Source: Candidatus Heimdallarchaeota archaeon (GTDB lineage: Archaea; Asgardarchaeota; Heimdallarchaeia; Heimdallarchaeales; Heimdallarchaeaceae). From it: a DNA stretch of 63,552 nucleotides. The notes under the pieces are model-generated. The model saw only the letters and a list, made by a program, of their open reading frames with translations, did not search any database and was not told the origin of the DNA. The translations under genes were made by a program, and so were the position numbers. The DNA is taken from contig JAAFKI010000184.1 in assembly GCA_021399345.1 (NCBI GenBank), forward strand, positions 1-63,552, in the 5' to 3' direction. Below, one piece after another: positions 1 through 10,492 of this stretch (its first letter is position 1; every line of letters starts with the position of its first letter).

Positions 1-93
1 GATACCAATTTATACTTTTGTGCATCGCTTCTCATTGTATTGCAAACTATAAGTCTAATATCCTACCTTATTAGATATGAGACAATATTGTAA
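1..93 (+). CDS. Possible 3' end of a membrane-protein gene running in from the window edge
   Basis: Frame 1 is open from base 1 to TAA at 91-93 (DTNLYFCASLLIVLQTISLISYLIRYETIL), with a hydrophobic stretch. Short, so it could be chance. Confidence 0.3.
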   Translation, partial: DTNLYFCASLLIVLQTISLISYLIRYETIL

Positions 94-264
94 GGGATAG
101 ACTTCGTTTCCACTGGAGCAAGTTTTATTTCGAGTGGAAAAAAAGAAGAAGAAGAAGTCTAGTTTTCCTTCATTTATCTTTTCAAAACAAAAAGATAGCG
201 AACAGTTGGATAAGTATCATCATACCGTACCTGTTGCATATTTCATAAATATGTAAATTAAATT

Positions 265-483
265 CTACCCATCTAAATGTTTCATAACATTTCTTTCAAC
301 ATTTTTTATAGTTGCTATAATCAAGAATATTGCTGCAATTACAGCAACTGCTATTGCTTGCATTGTGAAGTTTGCAATCATAATAAAACTAGCAAGCAGA
401 CATAAGAAACCAAAAAATGAAAAGACTATAATCATTAGCTTGGATAAATCATCAGCATATTCCCCTTTTGTATTTTGTGACAT
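265..483 (-). CDS. Small two-helix membrane protein, hypothetical
   Basis: 72 aa ORF with two hydrophobic segments; TATA-like TTTAA about 27 bp upstream. Confidence 0.7.
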   Translation of the reverse strand: MSQNTKGEYADDLSKLMIIVFSFFGFLCLLASFIMIANFTMQAIAVAVIAAIFLIIATIKNVERNVMKHLDG

Positions 484-628
484 AATTTCTATAGTGTTAA
501 AAGCATCTTAAATACTTTAGGAAGGGTAATCGAAAGAAATTCTAAGCTAAGTTCATTTAATTATTTTTAGAAATATAGTAAATTCTATAATTCACTGTTA
601 TAATTGCAACTATATTGAGAGTTGAAAA

Positions 629-1589
629 TCACGAAATAGTCTGTTCTTGCCATTCTAGACTTTGATGAACATAATACTGATTGTAGAGCGAAGCATATTT
701 TCCTTTTTGAGCTAGAAGTTCCTCGTGTGTTCCTTCTTCAACTATATCTCCATTTTCCATTACAATAATTCGATCAACATTTACAATAGTTGTTAATCGA
801 TGTGCAATGATAATAGCGGTTCTGTCGGCAAGTATATTTACTAAAGCTTCTTGAATCATAGCTTCTGTATAAGCATCAACACTCGAAGTAGCTTCATCTA
901 AAATGAGGACCTTGGGATCTAATAGAATTGCACGTGCAAAGCTGATTAGCTGCCTTTGCCCCACTGAAAGGTCACCTCCACGATCACCAATTTTTGTTTC
1001 TAATCCATCAGGTAGTCTATGTACAAAATCACTAGCTTGTACTATATCTAATACGCGCCAGATGTCTTCATCAGTAGCTTCTTCTCTTCCATATTGGATA
1101 TTTTCTTTAATAGAGCCAGGAAATAAGTAAACGTTCTGCTCTACCTTGCCAAGTTGTTTTCTGTACGATTCTAAGGTATAATCGCGAATACTCTGCCCAT
1201 CGATTAGGATGTCACCACCTTGATATTCATAGTAACGAGAGAGTAAGGAAACTAAAGAAGTCTTACCTGCGCCCGTGTGACCAACTATAGCTAGTTTTTC
1301 TCCTTTATGAATAGTTAAATTTAGATTTTCAAAGATCACATTATCTTTATCATACCAGAAATTAATATTATCAAATTGAATACTGCCCTTGATATCTAGA
1401 AGATGTTGAGCATCTGGTTTCTGTTGAACCTTTGGTTTACTGTCAACTATACTCAAACATCGCTCAAAAGCAGCCATTCCAGCACTCAGTTCAGGGAAGA
1501 ATCTCGCTAGCTGCATCACAGGATTGAAGAAATTTTAGAGATACAGAACAAACATAAGGATTGTTTGCTTTTGATTTTTTGTTCGACAT
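629..1589 (-). pseudogene. ABC exporter (MsbA/MdlB-like) remnant: intact ATPase domain, transmembrane domain deleted
   Basis: Walker A GHTGAGKT, signature LSVGQRQ, Walker B ILDEATS and H-loop IAHRL in 629-1519. Upstream in the same frame the sequence reads ILMFVLYL*NFFNPVMQL (last TM helix, TAA at 1535-1537). An out-of-frame ATG at 1589 (MSNKKSKAN) lies just before it. Confidence 0.75.
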
Positions 1590-1725
1590 AATTCACTTTC
1601 CTCGATTAAAGATAAATTGAAATGAATGAAATCATTTTAAAAGTTTATCACTTGTTCTTCACTTCAAATGAAAAGTGTTTACTCTAAGTGAAAAAAAGTA
1701 AAAAAGAAGATAACCACTTAATCTA

Positions 1726-3258
1726 TTACTTCTTCTTTCTTCTTCTTTGTATAACAGTCATTGAAGTAAATAAGGTAAACAGAGATATCCAGAGAACTGA
1801 GCTTGTTCTGGAGGTTCCATTAGTATAAGGTGTAGGAAAGGTATGACTGGACAATTGAAATTCTATCTTTCCACCAACCATTGTTAGAAGAACGTTAATA
1901 TCCTTAAGGTTATCAGGATTCATAGTCATAGGATCATCGTCTATAACTATCAAATCAGCATACTTTCCAACTTCTAAAGAACCAATATAATCCTCTTGTT
2001 TTACAGCATAGGCACCTTCAATGGTCATCATTCTTAGAGCCATTTCAACCGATATTTCATGTTCAGCTACCCAAGGATCAGGTGTATGTATCGTTCCATT
2101 TTCATCAATAGCTTTTCTAGTAACTAAACCCCACAAGTGTAGGAAAGGTCTAATATTTCTTGAGCTACTCCAGTCATCTTCATCATAATTATTCCAAGTG
2201 AAATCAGTTTCCAAGTAAGAATGAATCCCCAAACCTGGAAGAGAGTATCTGTTTACATACCATTCTGCCCTCTCATCACTGTAGTGATCTGCGTAATATT
2301 CTTGCCAATAAGTTGGGAAATATCCTCTGACTGAGTGAATTGAATTGATTGAAATAGCGTGACTAATTAAATCTTCTCTGATAAAACTACTGTGCTCTAT
2401 TTGATGTCTAGCATCATCATTTGTCGAACCATTAAGTGCATATTCTATAGCATTTAGAACAGTTTCAGTTGATCTATCGCCCATAGAGTGGAGTGCTACG
2501 CAAAAACCTCTATCATGAATCGAATCAACAATTGAATTTAATTCTGTTTGATTGAAATAGAGATCACCATAAGGGTTGATAATCCCCCATGTATCTATCA
2601 TTTCTTGTGTATATGGAATGCTCATTGCTGGAAAGCCTCTGTTTCCAAAAGCACCATCAGAATAGATTTTAAAACCAGGAATCCGCAGTTTTAGTTCATT
2701 ATCTATAATCGGTATTAGATCTGGTTGCCAATGTCCAACAAGAACAGATTCATTATTCTCAAGCCAAGCGTAATTGTATATTAGAAAAGCGTTCACACGA
2801 AGACGAAGCTGATCATTTTGTTCTGCTTCTTGAATCCATGCTAGCTCTCCAGCGTCGATGCTTTTTTCATTCAGTGTTGTATAACCGTTAGCTAGAGCAA
2901 GTGTTTGAGCATCATAAATATTACTTGTATCGCCCAACCAAAACAAAGATGCCATATAGTGTGTATGACCATCGATTATACCAGGCATAATAGTTCGACC
3001 ATCTAAATCATAGGTAGTGTCGTTTTCAGTTGCGAAGTCTTGTAGAATTGTTTCAGTACTTCCTAAGCCTATAATTAAACCATCTTCAATTGCAATAGCT
3101 TGAACCAAAGGATTAGTTTCATCAATGGTGATTATATTTCCGTTACAGAAGATATAGTCAACAAGAGTGGGACTAGCATCAGCTTGAGAAATTGCAGGAA
3201 GGATAAAAGGAAACACTAACAACATAAAAACAGGAAGAAAAGAGAGAGATTTCTTCAT
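1726..3258 (-). CDS. Secreted, C-terminally anchored amidohydrolase (amidohydrolase_3/YtcJ-like)
   Basis: PGIIDGHTH, KIYSDG, HSMGD, QIEH and GSLEVGKYADL motifs; N-terminal signal peptide; C-terminal hydrophobic helix followed by RRRKKK. Confidence 0.9.
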   Translation of the reverse strand: MKKSLSFLPVFMLLVFPFILPAISQADASPTLVDYIFCNGNIITIDETNPLVQAIAIEDGLIIGLGSTETILQDFATENDTTYDLDGRTIMPGIIDGHTHYMASLFWLGDTSNIYDAQTLALANGYTTLNEKSIDAGELAWIQEAEQNDQLRLRVNAFLIYNYAWLENNESVLVGHWQPDLIPIIDNELKLRIPGFKIYSDGAFGNRGFPAMSIPYTQEMIDTWGIINPYGDLYFNQTELNSIVDSIHDRGFCVALHSMGDRSTETVLNAIEYALNGSTNDDARHQIEHSSFIREDLISHAISINSIHSVRGYFPTYWQEYYADHYSDERAEWYVNRYSLPGLGIHSYLETDFTWNNYDEDDWSSSRNIRPFLHLWGLVTRKAIDENGTIHTPDPWVAEHEISVEMALRMMTIEGAYAVKQEDYIGSLEVGKYADLIVIDDDPMTMNPDNLKDINVLLTMVGGKIEFQLSSHTFPTPYTNGTSRTSSVLWISLFTLFTSMTVIQRRRKKK

Positions 3259-3430
3259 AGTTATTAGTCTAATCCAAAAAATAAAAAGGTTTAGGAGAAT
3301 TGAATGCTTAAAGCGGATTAGTTAGTAAAGGATAAAGGTCCAATGAACCAGCAGGATATGACGATCCAAAATTGGAAGAAATGAGAAAATTAATTCGTTA
3401 AAATCTCTCTCAAATCACCTATTTCTTTTT

Positions 3431-4366
3431 CTACTGGGAATCCATTCCTTTCTTAAAAGCTATAAATCTGTATGTAAGGTATTCAAGGAACAGCTTTGGA
3501 TCAGTTCTACGTGGTCCAACTTCAAACAACATTTCTTTTGCCATCTCAAACTCCTGGTTGAAAAAAGCTGAAACTATTTTGGAAATAATCCAATACTTTT
3601 TCCTAAAAGATTTTTTGTAAAAATCAATTAGTACCTCTGTAATTGGTGGGATATATTTGTAAATATTATGATACAATTCCATTGTTTGAATCACTTGACT
3701 GGTTACATCAATGTCTTCCACTAGAATCAAACCTCTTTTTTTTGCACTATCTAAGTAAGATTCATGAACATGCATTTCCTTGAAATCTCTTCGACTGTCC
3801 TTTCGAAAATGAGATCCCATGACTAAGTAACCACCTCTTTTCAAATACCTAATTGTTTGGCCAAGACCATTCTCTATGGGGAAGTAGTTGCTTGATTCAC
3901 TCAGTAATACTACATCAAATTTCTCGTTGATCTCAAGATCCTCATATTTACATCGGATAAAAGATACATTTTCGTATTCTGGTAGAATATTCTCTGCAAA
4001 GTAATTCTCTTGGCTCGGAGAAGGGGATATACATGTAACTTTCATACCTTTATCTGCCATATAAATAGCATTATCTCCAACACCTGCCCCGACATCTAGA
4101 ACAGTTTCAACTTCTTCCGGAAACATGTCAATTAACTTCATGGTGTAGTTCTTTTGGGCTTTTGGCAGCTCATCAAGAGTCACAGGTTGCCCCTTTTGCC
4201 AAAGTCCTTGATGAAGAGATTTTAAACCAAGTCCTTTTACATAAATTTCAAGATCCAAACTGTCTTCGTCTCTTCTATTTTTTGAATATTCTGTAAAATC
4301 ACTGTATCCCAACAACCACCCTTTTTTTCTAAGTTTTGATTTCTTCATAATTTCACTGTATCCCAA
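3431..4366 (-). CDS. Class I SAM-dependent methyltransferase (tocopherol/sterol/cyclopropane-MT-like)
   Basis: SLHQGLW, VLDVGAGVG, FDVVLLSES and LKRGG motifs. Start codon uncertain (TTG 4366 or a downstream ATG). Confidence 0.85.
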   Translation of the reverse strand: MGYSEIMKKSKLRKKGWLLGYSDFTEYSKNRRDEDSLDLEIYVKGLGLKSLHQGLWQKGQPVTLDELPKAQKNYTMKLIDMFPEEVETVLDVGAGVGDNAIYMADKGMKVTCISPSPSQENYFAENILPEYENVSFIRCKYEDLEINEKFDVVLLSESSNYFPIENGLGQTIRYLKRGGYLVMGSHFRKDSRRDFKEMHVHESYLDSAKKRGLILVEDIDVTSQVIQTMELYHNIYKYIPPITEVLIDFYKKSFRKKYWIISKIVSAFFNQEFEMAKEMLFEVGPRRTDPKLFLEYLTYRFIAFKKGMDSQ

Positions 4367-4573
4367 TAACTAGCTTTACTTGCTAGATTTTCATATCTTT
4401 AGAGTTCGCGCAATATTTTCAGATGTCTCTTTTGGATCAAATGTATCGATTTAGGTGATGTCTCACTAATTATTGAGGGAAACAATTGATTTCGAGCGCG
4501 CGATTATCACTTCATTTTCCTTGTATAATGTTTTAAACATTTTAATATTTTTAAAGTATCTGCTGAAAAGAAG

Positions 4574-4777
4574 ATGAGGATTACTACACTAAAAGAGATA
4601 GAAGCTATGAATCAGTGTAATGTTTTGAAACTTATTGGTGATGACCCTAAATTGGAGGATATGATAAGATCTATCTTTGGCGCGTTTATGGCACTACCTA
4701 TTTGTTCTGTAGTATTTATAATATTTTCATACAGATTAATAAAAACAATTAGAAAGAGGACAAAGATTCAAAGTTAA
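4574..4777 (+). CDS. Small single-TM hypothetical protein
   Basis: 67 aa ORF with one hydrophobic helix and a basic tail; TTTTAAA just upstream. Confidence 0.4.
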   Translation: MRITTLKEIEAMNQCNVLKLIGDDPKLEDMIRSIFGAFMALPICSVVFIIFSYRLIKTIRKRTKIQS

Positions 4778-4840
4778 ATTTTACATATTTTCTCATAACA
4801 GAGTTATTAAAGAACATGTAAGAATTAGACTTTCTATCTT

Positions 4841-7800
4841 TCAATTTCTTCTTCTTTTGATCTGTTCAATGTTGGCATGTATCAGCCTTTTCATGTTTGG
4901 AGTAATTGCTGAGATATCTACATCAAATACCAAGAAAGGTGTATTATGCTCCATGTAAATTGGTTTCAAGACAGCTTGAGCTATTTTATAAGGTAAACAT
5001 TGCATAGGACCTGTTAATATTAAGGAATCAAAGTGAGAGTTTTCTAAAGTTTCCATTCCCTTACCGATTGTTGGAATAGCTTCACCGAAAATTAAAGGAC
5101 TTATAAGATCCTTAGATTTAACGAAAATTTCTTTCAGATTGTTTCGCTCAGCAAACAGTAATCCAGTTTTATCAAACTTCTTTCGCATCTTCTTTTCTAC
5201 TCTAAGCATGACTATAGGAGCAATTTTACTTATGAGATATATGCGAGAATATCTTGTCCACAATGTTGTATATGCTCTCAGTGGAGTTGTTCTTGCAAAA
5301 GGATCCATCTGCCAGAGCTGAGCTATGATGTGACGCAAACTATGGTTGGTATATAAAATGAGCTCATAAACATCTGTAGATTTGACTAAAATATCATGTT
5401 CAGCATAAATTTCCTTTAACTCCTTCAAAAAGAATGGACTGAAACGGACAAAGAAATCACCACTTACCAGAACTTTAGGAAGGTCCATTGGTGTGCTTTT
5501 TCTTGGAATGGTTGCTATATTATCTATTAGTTTATCGATATTTTGCGTATACTCCTTAAATGTTGTTGAGCTATTCAGGAATTCAGAATAGTATTTGTGC
5601 AAGAGTTCCAAACTATCATTCTTTCCGACAACTTGCAGAGCATTCTCAATTTCAGACATTAAATCCCCGATGAGAATAGATCTGGTAGCATATTTAGCAA
5701 CTGTTAATCTGCTAGTTCCTAAGAAATCTGTGAGTTGATCAAAACGGTAAATAAAGAAATTTTCCAATTTATTATCTTTGATAAACTGTTCTATAAAATG
5801 GAAATAGCTATATACAGCACAAGGGCTTCCTCCTCTAAACATGTACAAACCTAATACTTCACCAGGTTTTCTGTTTTCAATCAAATGCATAATTTGACCC
5901 AAGATAATGGGTAATGGGAGACATTCTTTTCCTGAACAATGTCTTAATCCTCTAACAGGATAATCAATATTGATTTCAGTCGTTTGTCCAACATTATATC
6001 CTAAGAGCTTGAATAAAAGTTCAAATGAATCAGTATGGATTTTTGAAAAACTTGGGAAGAAGAGTTTAACTCTGGGATCTTTAATTCCTAGTTTCTTATC
6101 ATCTGAAGTAAGAACAACAACTTTTCCTCCTCTGAGTTTCACCTGAGTTACTTTGAATGGTTTGTCCTCCTTTGCTTTCTTACTTGCTTGAAAATTATTA
6201 ATAATTTCTAGATAAGCTTCTAATCTTGTTTGTGTCCCTGCATCTGCAGTGTGAGCATCAAGTTCTAGAAACAAGTAAGGTTTGTTTTTCATTTCACTTC
6301 GTACATAATTCTGAATAAAAGCATCTATAGTACAGCTGAAACTGTTTATGTATAATAGAAATAGATTATCATTTTTCGCAGCCATATCAATAGCCATTTT
6401 GACATAGTTGGAGAAATACCATGGAATATCATCAACATGCTTCTTCTCTAGAAAATCAAATGGGATGACGGTTACTCCCATACTTGAGAGTTTCTTTGGT
6501 ATAAGCTGGGATGTTTCTGGAGGGAATGCATTATAGCTTCTACCTAGAAGTAAAATACCTATTTCATTACTTTCTTTTAGTTTCTCTAGATGTTCTTTAC
6601 CCCAATCTAAAAATTGTTGTTCAACAGCTTTCTGTTTTGAGACTGCCTTTTGAAATGCCTTTTCAGCAAGATTCTTAGGTTGTTTCAACTCTTTTACAGC
6701 CATCTTCACTAAGGATTTGTCTGATTCGTACCCTTTAGCAAAACTTAGCACAGGATTCAAGAATTTTGCATCTTTGAATGCTTGTCTGATGAAATATGGA
6801 CTTCCTTGAGTAATAGGACAAAAGGTTGAGTCCATCCATTTTCCTTCAGTGGGCATACCATGCATGTGTGGAACAAATATCAAATCTACTTTTTTCTTAA
6901 TTAAGTCTAAAACAGCTCCATGTAAAATTTGAATAGGAAAACAGAAAGGAGCATTGGTTTGAAGTTCCTTATCTTCATCTATTTCTGAGAGAATTACTTC
7001 ATAACCCAATTCCTCAAAAAAGATAGAGAAAAATGGATAAAGAGTATGGGTAAGTAGAGCCCTAGGAATACCAATTGTTCCTTTAGAACCCGCTTTCATA
7101 GATTTCTTTTGGGTGTTCTTAGCAAACATCAACTCATTTCTTAAATCTACTAAGTTTTCTTTTTCATCAATCTTATCTGAACCTCTCCATTGGTGTTCAA
7201 AACGGCTGCATCTTCCACCAAATGGAAACTTCCTTCCTCCCACTTCATAACGTTCAATCTGACAATAATTCTTACAAGCTTTACAAGTGAAACTCCCTAA
7301 ATGCTTTAATTCTTCCTTGATTAAGGATTCAAGATTTGTTTCTTTAGGCATTCCATCAATTTCATGTTTTTCATATTTTGATTGTGCAATAAGTGCTATT
7401 CCAAAAGCACCAATCAGTTCGGGGCTGGGCGGGATAATAATCTGTTTTCCAGTTGTTTGAGCAAATGCATACCCTACAGAATTATTCTTAGCAACTCCTC
7501 CTTGGAAGAAAATCTTCTTACCAACCTGTCTAGAACCTTTAACTTTATTGAGGTAGTTTTCAGCAATTGAATAAACCAAACCACCTACAATATTTTCACT
7601 TCCATATCCTTCTTGCATAGCTGTTCTAACATCTGTATTAATGAAAGCAGCACAATCAGCTTTGAATCTGACGGGTTCTTCTGCTGTCATAGCAATATTT
7701 GAAATATCAAATACATGAACACCCATATCACCTTTAGAACTCTCTTCTAGAAATGAACCTGTTCCTGCAGAACAAGAAGCATTCATTGCATAATCTACAG

Positions 7801-9061
7801 GTACTCCATTTTGCAGATACATATATTTTGAATCTTGTCCTCCTATTTCGAAAATCGTATCAACTTCTGAATCATAATATACTGCTCCCTCAGAATGAGC
7901 TGAAATCTCATTAAATACAGCTGATGTCCCTAGATAAGCTCCAACTAGTTGTCTTCCAGAACCAGTCACCCCAACTAAATTCACTTTAATATTTCCTACT
8001 TGAGAAATAATTTCTTCAATACAATTTCTTGCAGCTTGAATAGGGTTTCCGCTTGTTCTACCATAAAATGAAGCTAAAACGGATTTATCTTCAGGGTCAA
8101 TAAGAACAGCTTTTGTGGTTGTGGAACCAACATCAACACCTAATAGGTAAGTTGAGTCTTTATCGAAATCAGTTTTATTTTCAACTGGATCGATAATAGT
8201 AACTTGACTACTAAAATCTTTAAGTGAGGGGAAAGTAGTAAAACTTTTACTTGTTTTGAGATTTATTTCAGTATGCTCTGGGTTCTCTTTTACTAATAGT
8301 GCAGTTCCAAAGGCTTCAAAAACTGAACTTTCTGGTTTGATAACTACATCTACATCTGAAATTTGCTCTCTTAAGATTTGTACAAACGCATCATTAAGAG
8401 AAACTCCTCCAACTAGCAACAATCTTTTAACATCAACTCTTGATTGAATTATCAATCCCATTACTTTATTAGCCATACTTGCTAGAACTGATGTTAGGAT
8501 GTCTTCTAATGAAGCTTCACCTCGATTTAATTTGTGAGTTACATCTGATTTGCAATGAACAGAACATCTTGATGCTAATTCCATTTTCTTTCCTTTCTTT
8601 GCTAATTCTATAGCTTCCGGAAGAGTAACATCTAAACGGTCAATTTGTTGAACAAAAAATTCACCGCTCCCAGCAGCACATTTGTCATGAGAAAGAACAT
8701 TAAGAATATGGCCTTCCTTACTCAGAACATACAGAACAAACGCTTCCCCACCAAGAGATACAACAACATCAAATTTCTCATCGTACGAGTTTATTGCTCT
8801 TTCAGCAACTACTATTTCAGAAATTTCCCCAAAAGAGCCACTAACATTGAAGTAGCAGTCTTTCCCATTAATGTTCTTTTTAATAATTTTATCAAGGACT
8901 TCTTTAGGTTTTCCTAAATGAGGTTGTTTGTATGTTTGAACATTCATACTCTCGTCTACAGATACTACATTAACAGATACAGAACCAATATTTACACCCA
9001 CATACTTACTAATGCTAAACACCCTATAGATTGAATAAATGAGATATATTTCATGAAACAA
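4841..9061 (-). CDS. Fused 2-hydroxyacyl-CoA dehydratase activator protein (two BadF/BadG/BcrA/BcrD ASKHA domains plus DUF2229-like/dehydratase region)
   Basis: KCAAGSG, GVDVGSTTTK, TGSGR, EIGGQDSK, SCSAGTGSFLEE, CKACKNYC and FGGRC motifs. True start probably a few codons downstream (GTG near 9023). Confidence 0.9.
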   Translation of the reverse strand: MFHEIYLIYSIYRVFSISKYVGVNIGSVSVNVVSVDESMNVQTYKQPHLGKPKEVLDKIIKKNINGKDCYFNVSGSFGEISEIVVAERAINSYDEKFDVVVSLGGEAFVLYVLSKEGHILNVLSHDKCAAGSGEFFVQQIDRLDVTLPEAIELAKKGKKMELASRCSVHCKSDVTHKLNRGEASLEDILTSVLASMANKVMGLIIQSRVDVKRLLLVGGVSLNDAFVQILREQISDVDVVIKPESSVFEAFGTALLVKENPEHTEINLKTSKSFTTFPSLKDFSSQVTIIDPVENKTDFDKDSTYLLGVDVGSTTTKAVLIDPEDKSVLASFYGRTSGNPIQAARNCIEEIISQVGNIKVNLVGVTGSGRQLVGAYLGTSAVFNEISAHSEGAVYYDSEVDTIFEIGGQDSKYMYLQNGVPVDYAMNASCSAGTGSFLEESSKGDMGVHVFDISNIAMTAEEPVRFKADCAAFINTDVRTAMQEGYGSENIVGGLVYSIAENYLNKVKGSRQVGKKIFFQGGVAKNNSVGYAFAQTTGKQIIIPPSPELIGAFGIALIAQSKYEKHEIDGMPKETNLESLIKEELKHLGSFTCKACKNYCQIERYEVGGRKFPFGGRCSRFEHQWRGSDKIDEKENLVDLRNELMFAKNTQKKSMKAGSKGTIGIPRALLTHTLYPFFSIFFEELGYEVILSEIDEDKELQTNAPFCFPIQILHGAVLDLIKKKVDLIFVPHMHGMPTEGKWMDSTFCPITQGSPYFIRQAFKDAKFLNPVLSFAKGYESDKSLVKMAVKELKQPKNLAEKAFQKAVSKQKAVEQQFLDWGKEHLEKLKESNEIGILLLGRSYNAFPPETSQLIPKKLSSMGVTVIPFDFLEKKHVDDIPWYFSNYVKMAIDMAAKNDNLFLLYINSFSCTIDAFIQNYVRSEMKNKPYLFLELDAHTADAGTQTRLEAYLEIINNFQASKKAKEDKPFKVTQVKLRGGKVVVLTSDDKKLGIKDPRVKLFFPSFSKIHTDSFELLFKLLGYNVGQTTEINIDYPVRGLRHCSGKECLPLPIILGQIMHLIENRKPGEVLGLYMFRGGSPCAVYSYFHFIEQFIKDNKLENFFIYRFDQLTDFLGTSRLTVAKYATRSILIGDLMSEIENALQVVGKNDSLELLHKYYSEFLNSSTTFKEYTQNIDKLIDNIATIPRKSTPMDLPKVLVSGDFFVRFSPFFLKELKEIYAEHDILVKSTDVYELILYTNHSLRHIIAQLWQMDPFARTTPLRAYTTLWTRYSRIYLISKIAPIVMLRVEKKMRKKFDKTGLLFAERNNLKEIFVKSKDLISPLIFGEAIPTIGKGMETLENSHFDSLILTGPMQCLPYKIAQAVLKPIYMEHNTPFLVFDVDISAITPNMKRLIHANIEQIKRRRN

Positions 9062-9265
9062 TGAATATCTTATAAAATTTGTCTACGAACAACTACATAA
9101 AATGGGAATTACACTTAATTTCATCAAGAATTTAGTAGTAATTAAGAAAAAAAATCTCATGGTTTCATGGAAATATTTAAAAAACATTTACAAGAGATGG
9201 ATTTCGAGTCTATTCTTCAATTTTTCAGCCATATCACAAAAGAATCAGGAATTAAAAGAGAAAAA

Positions 9266-10312
9266 TTAGTGATTATTCTTCCTTTTAATAAGAGGAATAA
9301 CCCAAATTAAGAGAAGTATAAAACCAAAATAGAATGATGTTTCAGTTGGTGGTGGTTCTATCAGATACATTGTAACTGTATCTTCGATAGTTGTGGTTTC
9401 CAGAGTTGAATCATAGACAAGAGCCTCAATTGTTAGAGTATCTTCAGTTATTGTAATATTACAATAATGATATTCTGAAATGTAAACATCACCTGCTATA
9501 GCTTGATCTGTTGCTAGAGGTGTATATAGAGGTGCTCCTCCTCCAGATGTGCCTATATGTTGAATTCCTTTTCTTATTGTATTGTAATAGTTATGATCAT
9601 GCCCTGAAAAAACAAGATCAACCCCGTACTCTATAAATATTGGCTCAAGAACAGCTCTGATATTCGCAGCATGAGTAACCCTAGATGCATCTTTAATAGA
9701 ATACATGGGGCGATGTATCGAAGCAATTGTAAAATTCATTGTATTGCTTTGTAAATCATCAATTATCCATTCTTCTTGTTCTGTTGTAATTTCAAATTCA
9801 GATGTATAGAATTCTTCTGTATTAATAATTATGAAGTGAATTCCTTTATTATCAAAACTATAAAATCTTTCATTTCCAGGCATTTCTACATTACTCATAT
9901 AAGTTGAGAAATTTAGCTCCTTAGGACCATAAGAACCATCTGGTAATCTAAAAGTATATATTTCGTGATTTCCAACAGAATACTTAAACGTAACATTATT
10001 TTGAACAAGTAAATCTATATCTTCAAAATATCTATCCCAATCATCTTGTTCTCCACCAGAATTAACAATATCTCCTGTATGAAGTATGAACTCCAGATTG
10101 GGATTACTTAACATAACATCCTCATAAATTGTCTTTCTAATATCATTAGTAGTATTTTCTTCCCAGTTTCTGGTATCACCTAAAGCGATGAAATTCCAAG
10201 GATCATATGTTGTTTCCGCTGAGCTATTCAAGAGATTACTTTGACTATTCATAGATAATGATGATATAAAAATTAAACAAAAAATTAAGAGAGGTATAAG
10301 TCTTCTTTTCAT
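9266..10312 (-). CDS. Secreted, C-terminally anchored calcineurin-like metallophosphoesterase (purple acid phosphatase-like)
   Basis: GD, HTGDIV, GNHE, HRPMY and SGHDHNY motifs; signal peptide; C-terminal TM and basic tail. Confidence 0.9.
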   Translation of the reverse strand: MKRRLIPLLIFCLIFISSLSMNSQSNLLNSSAETTYDPWNFIALGDTRNWEENTTNDIRKTIYEDVMLSNPNLEFILHTGDIVNSGGEQDDWDRYFEDIDLLVQNNVTFKYSVGNHEIYTFRLPDGSYGPKELNFSTYMSNVEMPGNERFYSFDNKGIHFIIINTEEFYTSEFEITTEQEEWIIDDLQSNTMNFTIASIHRPMYSIKDASRVTHAANIRAVLEPIFIEYGVDLVFSGHDHNYYNTIRKGIQHIGTSGGGAPLYTPLATDQAIAGDVYISEYHYCNITITEDTLTIEALVYDSTLETTTIEDTVTMYLIEPPPTETSFYFGFILLLIWVIPLIKRKNNH

Positions 10313-10492
10313 TTCTTTTTCTCCTTTTTCTTACAGATATAATACTAGTTCAGATATTAGAAAAACTGGTCTATATTAAAATGTGACTAAACTACTATAA
10401 AATGAAACATTAAGGTTTAAAAAAAGAATAATGATTAAACAAGCACATCCCAGGAGATCTGGTTTTCCATGGGTAAGAATATAGGGTAAAAC

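Noticed and set aside
1535-1537. In-frame stop as possible recoding (Sec/Pyl)
   Set aside because: The codon is TAA, and the upstream transmembrane domain is missing anyway.
3340-4670. Similar peptides DDPKLEEM (near 3360) and DDPKLEDM (near 4640) on either side of the methyltransferase
   Set aside because: The match is short with several nucleotide differences and the first lacks a clear ORF; not supportable as a target-site duplication or gene duplication.
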